Source: the human T2T-CHM13v2.0 reference genome, Homo sapiens | Assembly (NCBI RefSeq): GCF_009914755.1 | Contig: NC_060928.1 | Direction: 5' to 3' (one strand) | DNA length: 64,000 nt | In this document: piece after piece, positions 58,501 to 64,000 of the stretch | Layout: every line of letters starts with the position of its first letter | Position numbering within the stretch: the stretch's first letter is position 1 | The notes under the pieces: generated by a model | Seen by the model: the letters and a program-made list of their open reading frames with translations, nothing else | The model's database searches: none | What the model was told of the DNA's origin: nothing | Position numbers and translations under genes: made by a program

Positions 58501-61500
58501 AAAACAAGCAGAAAACAAATAACAATTGTAGTAGTAAATCCTTACTTATCAACAATGACATTGAATATAAATTGATCAAATTCTCTAATAAAAAGGTATG
58601 GAATGGCTGAATCAGTTTTTTCAAAAGATCCAATGATCAGTTACCTATAAGAAACAACACTTCACTGTAAACACGCACATAGGCTAAAAATAAAGGGAAG
58701 AAAACAAACATTCCATGTCAATGGAAACCAAAAAAAAAAAAAAAAAGAAAAGAAAAAGTAGCCATACTTATATTAGATAAAATAGATTCTAAGACAAAAA
58801 CCATTAAAAGAGATGAGAAAGTCATTATATAATGTTAAAGGAGTCATTTTAGCAAGAGGATGTAACAATTATAAATATATGTGCATTCAACACTTGAGCA
58901 CCCAAATATATAAACCAAATATTACTAGAGCTAAAGAGACAGATAGACCCCAATACGATAATAGTTGGAGACTTGAACACCCCACTTTCAGCATTGGACA
59001 GAACTTCCAGACAAAAAATTAGCAAAGAAACATGAGACTTAATTGGCACTATAGATCAAATTGACCTAATAAATATTTACAGAACATTTCATCCAATGGC
59101 TACAGAATACACATTCTTGTCCTCAGCACATGGATCATTCTTGAGGATAGACCCTATATTATGTTAGGCTACAAAATGAGTCTTAAAAATTCAAAAAATA
59201 ATGAAATTAGATCAAGTGTGTTCTCCAGCCACAATGGAATGAAACTAGAAATCAATAGCAAGAGGAATTTTGAAAACTATACAAACACATAGAAATTAAA
59301 CAATATGCTCCTGAATGCCCAGTGGGTCAATGAAGACACTAAAATGGAAATTAAAAATTGTATTTAAACAATTTAAAATGTAAACACAACATTACAAAAC
59401 CTATGGGATACAGTAAAAGCACTATTAATAGGAAAATTTATAGAAATAAGCGTATAACAGGTGCTGGAGAGGATGTGGAGAAATAGGAACACTTTTACAC
59501 TGTTGGTGGGACTGAAAACTAGTTCAACCATTGTGGAAGTCAGTGTGGCAATTCCTCAGGGATCTAGAACTAGAAATACCATTTGACACAGCCATCCCAT
59601 TACTGGGTATATACCCAAAGGACTATAAATCATGCTGCTATAAAGACACATGCACACGTATGTTTATTGCAGCACTATTCACAATAGCAAAGACCTGGAA
59701 CCAACCCAAATGTCCAACAATGATAGACTGGATTAAGAAAATGTGGCTCATATACACCATGGAATACTATGCAGCCATAAAAAATGATGAGTTCATGTCC
59801 TTTGTAGGGACATGGATGAAATTGGAAATCATCATTCTCAGTAAACTATCGCAAGGACAAAAAACCAAACACTGCATGTTCTCACTCATAGGTGGGAATT
59901 GAACAATGAGAACACATGGACACAGGAAGGGGAACATCACACTCTGGGGACTGTTGTGGGGTGGGGGGAGGGGGGAGGGATAGCATTAGGAGATATACCT
60001 AATGCTAAATGACGAGTTAATGGGTGCAGCACACCAGCATGGCACATGTATACATATGTAACCAACCTGCACATTGTGCACATGTACCCTAAAACTTAAA
60101 CTATAATAATAATAATAATAAAAAGCTCATTAAGAGAAAAAAAAAGAAGCGTATAGATTAAAAAAGTGGTAGAACTTCAAATAAGCAACCTAATGATGAA
60201 TCATAAAGAATTGGGAGAGCAAGAGCAAATCAAGAGCAAACCAAACACACAATTAGTACAACAAAGTAAATGATAAACATCAGAGCAGAAATAAATAAAA
60301 TTGAAAGAAAAGATCAACAAAATTAAAAATTGTTCTTTGAAAAGGTAAACAAAATTGATAAACTTTTAGCCAGACTAAGAAAAAAGAGAAGGCAAATAAA
60401 TAAATTAGAGATATAAAAAGGACACATTACAACTATAATTATATCACAAAAATTTAAAGGAACATTAGAGGATACGGTGAGCAATTATATACCAGTAACT
60501 TGGAAAACCTAGAAGAAATGGATGAATTCCTAGACACATGCAAGTAAGATTGAACCATGATTGAACCATGAGTGAACCATGACAGAACCCAAACCCTGAG
60601 GAGACCAACATCAAGGAATGAGATCAACGCCATAATAAAAAGTCTCTCAGCAAGGAAATGGCCAGGACTCGATGGTTTTACTGCTGAACTTAACAAACAT
60701 TTAAAAAACTAATACCAATCCTACCCAAACTATTCAAAAAAATAGAGAGTGGAATACTTCCAAACTCATTCTATAAGATCAGTATTATGCCGATACCAAA
60801 ACCAAAGATATCAAACAATAACAACAACAACAACAAAAACTTCAAGCCAATATCTTTGATGCACTGATGCAAAAATCCACAATAAAATATTAACAAACAG
60901 TTCAACAACGCATTAAAAAGACCATTCATCATAATCAAGTGGGATTTATCCAAGAGATACTAAGAAGGTCAAACATACACCAATCAATGAATGTGATATA
61001 TCTCATCAACAGAATGAAGGACAAAAAACATGATGATTTCAACTGATGCTGAAAATGTATTTGATAAAACTCAACATCCCCTTATGATAAAAATCCTCAA
61101 AAAATAAGTATGGAAGAAACATACTTCAACACATAAAAGTCATATACGATAGAACCACAGCTAGTATCATACTATATGGAGAAAACTGTAAGCCTTTCCT
61201 CGAATATCTGGAAAAAGACAAGGATGCCCACTTTCACCACTGTTATTCAACCTAGTATTGAAAGTCCTACCTAGAGCAAGTCAGACAAGAGAAAGAAATA
61301 GAAGACATCCAAACTGAAAAGGAAGAAGTCAAATCATCCTTGTTTTCAGATGATATGATCTTGTATTTGGAAAAAACTAAAGAACCCACCAAAAAACTGT
61401 TAGAACTGAGAAGTTAAATAAAGTTCCAGGATACAAAATTAACATACAAAAGTCAGTAGCATTGTTATATGCCAACAGCAAACAATCTGAAAATGAAATC

Positions 61501-63430
61501 AAGAAGGCAACCCATTTATAATAACTGCAAATAAAATTAAATACCTAGAAATAAACTTAACCAAAAAAGTGAAAGATCTATACAATAAAAACTATAAAAT
61601 ATTGATACAAGAAATGAAGAGGATGTCAAAAATGGAAAGATATTCCGAGTTCATAGATTTTGGAAGAATTAATATTGTTAAAATCTCCATACTACCTACA
61701 GCAATATACAGATTCAATGCAATACCTTTCCAATTAACAATGATATCCTTCATAGAAATAAAAAATAATAATCCAAAAATTTATATGGAACCACAAAAAA
61801 AAAAAAAAACAGAATAGCCAAAGCTTTCCTAAACAAAAAGAACAAAAGTGAAGGAATCACATTACCTGACTTGTAAATGTACTACAAAACTATAGTAACT
61901 AAAACAGTCCAGTACTAGCATAAAAACAGACATATAGACCAGTGGAATAGAATAGAGAACCCAGAAATAAATCAACACATTTACAGTGAACTAATTTTTG
62001 ACAAAGGTGCCAAGAATGCATATTAGAAAAAAGGTAATCTCTTCAATAAATAGTGCTAGGAAAATTGGATATCCATATCCAGAAGAATGACATTAGACCA
62101 CTGTCTCTCACCATATACAAAAATAAAATTAAAATGGATTAAAGGCTTAAATCTAACACCTCACCTCATACTATGAAACTATTAAAAGAAAACCTTGGCA
62201 GGACATTGGTCTGGGCAAATATTTCTTGAATAAAACCTCAAAAGTATAGGCAACCAAACAAAAATGGAAAAATGGGATCATATCGTTAAAAAGCTTCTGT
62301 ACAATAAACGAAACAATCAACAAAGTGAAGAGATGACCCATAGAATAGGAGAAAATATTTGCAAACTACTTATCTGACAAGAGATTAATAACTAGAATAT
62401 ATAAGGAGCTGAAACAACTCTATAAGAAAAAAATCTAATAATCCTATTTCTAAATGGGCAAAATATCTGAATAGTCTTTTCTCAGAAGAAGACATACATA
62501 TGACAAACAGGTATATGAAAATGTGCCTAACACAACTGATCATCAGAGAAATGTAAATCTAAATGACAATGAGGTATCATCTCACCCCAGTTAAAATAGC
62601 TTAAAACTGAAGACAGACAATAACAAATACTGGAGAAGGTGTGGAGAAAAGGCAACCCTCACACTGTTGGTGGGAGTGTACATTAGTACAGCCACTATGG
62701 AGAAGAGTATGGAGGTGCCTCAAAATTTACCAATAGAACTACCATATGATCCAGCAATCTTACTGTTAGGTATGTACCCCAAAGAAAGGGAATCAGTAAA
62801 TTGCGGAGGTATTAGCACATCTATGTTTATTGCAGCACTATTCACAATAGACAAGATTTGTAATTAATCTAAATGTCCATTAACAGATTAATGGATTTAA
62901 AAATGAGATACGTATACACAATGGAGTACTATTCAGTTCAGCCATAAAAAGAATGAGATCCTGTTATTTGCAACAACATGGATGGAACTAGAGGATACTA
63001 TGGCAATTGGAAAAAGGCAGGCACAGAAAGACAAACTTTGTGTTTTCTTGCTCATTTGTGAGAGCTAAAAATTTAAACAATTAAACTCATGGAAATAGAT
63101 GTAGAATGATGGTTACCAGAGGCGGGGAAGGCTATTTGGGAGTTGGAGAAGTGGGATGGTTAATGAGCACAAAAATATGGTTAGAATGAATAAGATCTAG
63201 CATTAGATAGCACAACAGTGTGACTAGAGTAAACAATAGCTTATTGTACATTTAAAAATAGCTGAAAGAGTACAATTGGAATGTATGTAACAGGAAGAAA
63301 TGATAAATGCTTAAGGTATCCAATACCCCATTTACTCTGATGTGCTTATTACACATTGTGGGCCTGTATCAAAATATCTCATGTACCCCATACATATTTA
63401 GACCTACTATGTACCCATAAAAATTAATAA
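55550..63430 (+). mobile_element. Near full-length L1MA (about MA1-MA3): 5'UTR with ~350-bp repeats, ORF1 ~57041-58010, long spacer, ORF2 ~58525-63068, 3'UTR
   Basis: ORF1 coiled coil (SLNSRTDQAEERISELEDR); EN, RT (CAGATGATATGATC = DDMI) and C-terminal motifs; L1MA-type 3' end CTACTATGTACCCATAAAAATT. Heavily disrupted. Confidence 0.88.
59457..60142 (+). mobile_element. 5'-truncated L1PA3-like insertion nested in the L1MA ORF2
   Basis: Intact ORF2 C-terminus (ORF 59531, ..HCMFSLIGGN). 3'UTR TAGCATTAGGAGATATACCTAATGCTAAATGACGAG with G-rich tract. TSD AAATAAGCGTATA / AAAGAAGCGTATA. Confidence 0.93.
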
Positions 63431-63719
63431 CTTATTTTTCATCCAAAGGAGTTAAGAAGCGCTAATTTTTCATCTGTATTTTAATTTAAGACAAATAATG
63501 AGAATCTGTAATCTTGTTATTGTTAACTGCATGTTTTTGAAAATTCTCAGTATCTGAAAAAAGAATCACTGTTAGAAAACAAAACAACAAAAAAAACTTC
63601 CTTACTACATTGCTTAAATTACGGCTTTACTTATGGTACAAAACAGAATAATTACATCTACTTCTGTATTGATTTTCCTTTAGACATATTATTACTGTTA
63701 AGAATACCCGGCAGCCTTG

Positions 63720-63980
63720 GGATGCCTCTACCCACAACAGTTACACTTCGAGACATTTGTCCATGATATATGAATGTATATGTTCACTAAAACTTATGTA
63801 AAAGAATGTTCATAACAATCTTTTTTTATAAAAACCTAAAACTGAACATAATCCATGTGTCCATCCGAGACTAAACAAATTGTAGTACATTCATACAATT
63901 GATTTCATCAATAGAAATGGAACAAACTACTTACTGTTGCAACAAAATGAGTGAAACAAAAATACTATGTTGAGCATGCA
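63720..63980 (+). mobile_element. Old L1M 3' fragment
   Basis: TATGTTCACTAAAAC..GAATGTTCATA..ATGTGTCCATC..AAATTGTAGTACATTCATACAAT. Confidence 0.55.
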
Positions 63981-64000
63981 CAAATACATACATACGTACA

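Noticed and set aside
55550-63430. Retrotransposition-competent L1
   Set aside because: ORF1 and ORF2 have many stops and frameshifts, and ORF2 is interrupted by an L1PA3.

Overview
This window is AT-rich primate genomic DNA, almost certainly human or another great ape, since it carries AluY/AluYe, L1PA3, HERV-H/LTR7 and Hsmar1 copies. It looks like non-genic or deep-intronic sequence made mostly of interspersed repeats: 11 Alus plus a FLAM, several L1s (one near full length), four decayed ERVL-type proviral segments, MaLR/ERV solo LTRs, a near full-length Hsmar1, MER3/MER47, MIR/L2 and microsatellites. I found no credible host protein-coding exon, RNA gene or CRISPR array. The ORFs I can assign are Alu, L1, ERV or mariner remnants or microsatellite read-throughs; the rest are short and uninformative. 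I see no evidence of a new functional system. The most interesting signals are mechanistic fossils: (1) a HERV-H 3' end that looks L1-retrotransposed, with a polyA at the R/U5 boundary, no U5 and an unusually long ~28-bp TSD; (2) a twin-primed inverted L1 that shares its target site with an Alu; (3) a second L1 broken at the same consensus position by a microhomology deletion; (4) a possible 12-nt 3' micro-transduction on an L1PA3; (5) a dispersed local duplication of a MIR-derived segment; (6) fold-back/templated repair scars; (7) a perfect 18-bp minisatellite carrying forkhead motifs. Repeat family names come from remembered consensus sequences, not from a database search. Boundaries of old elements are approximate.
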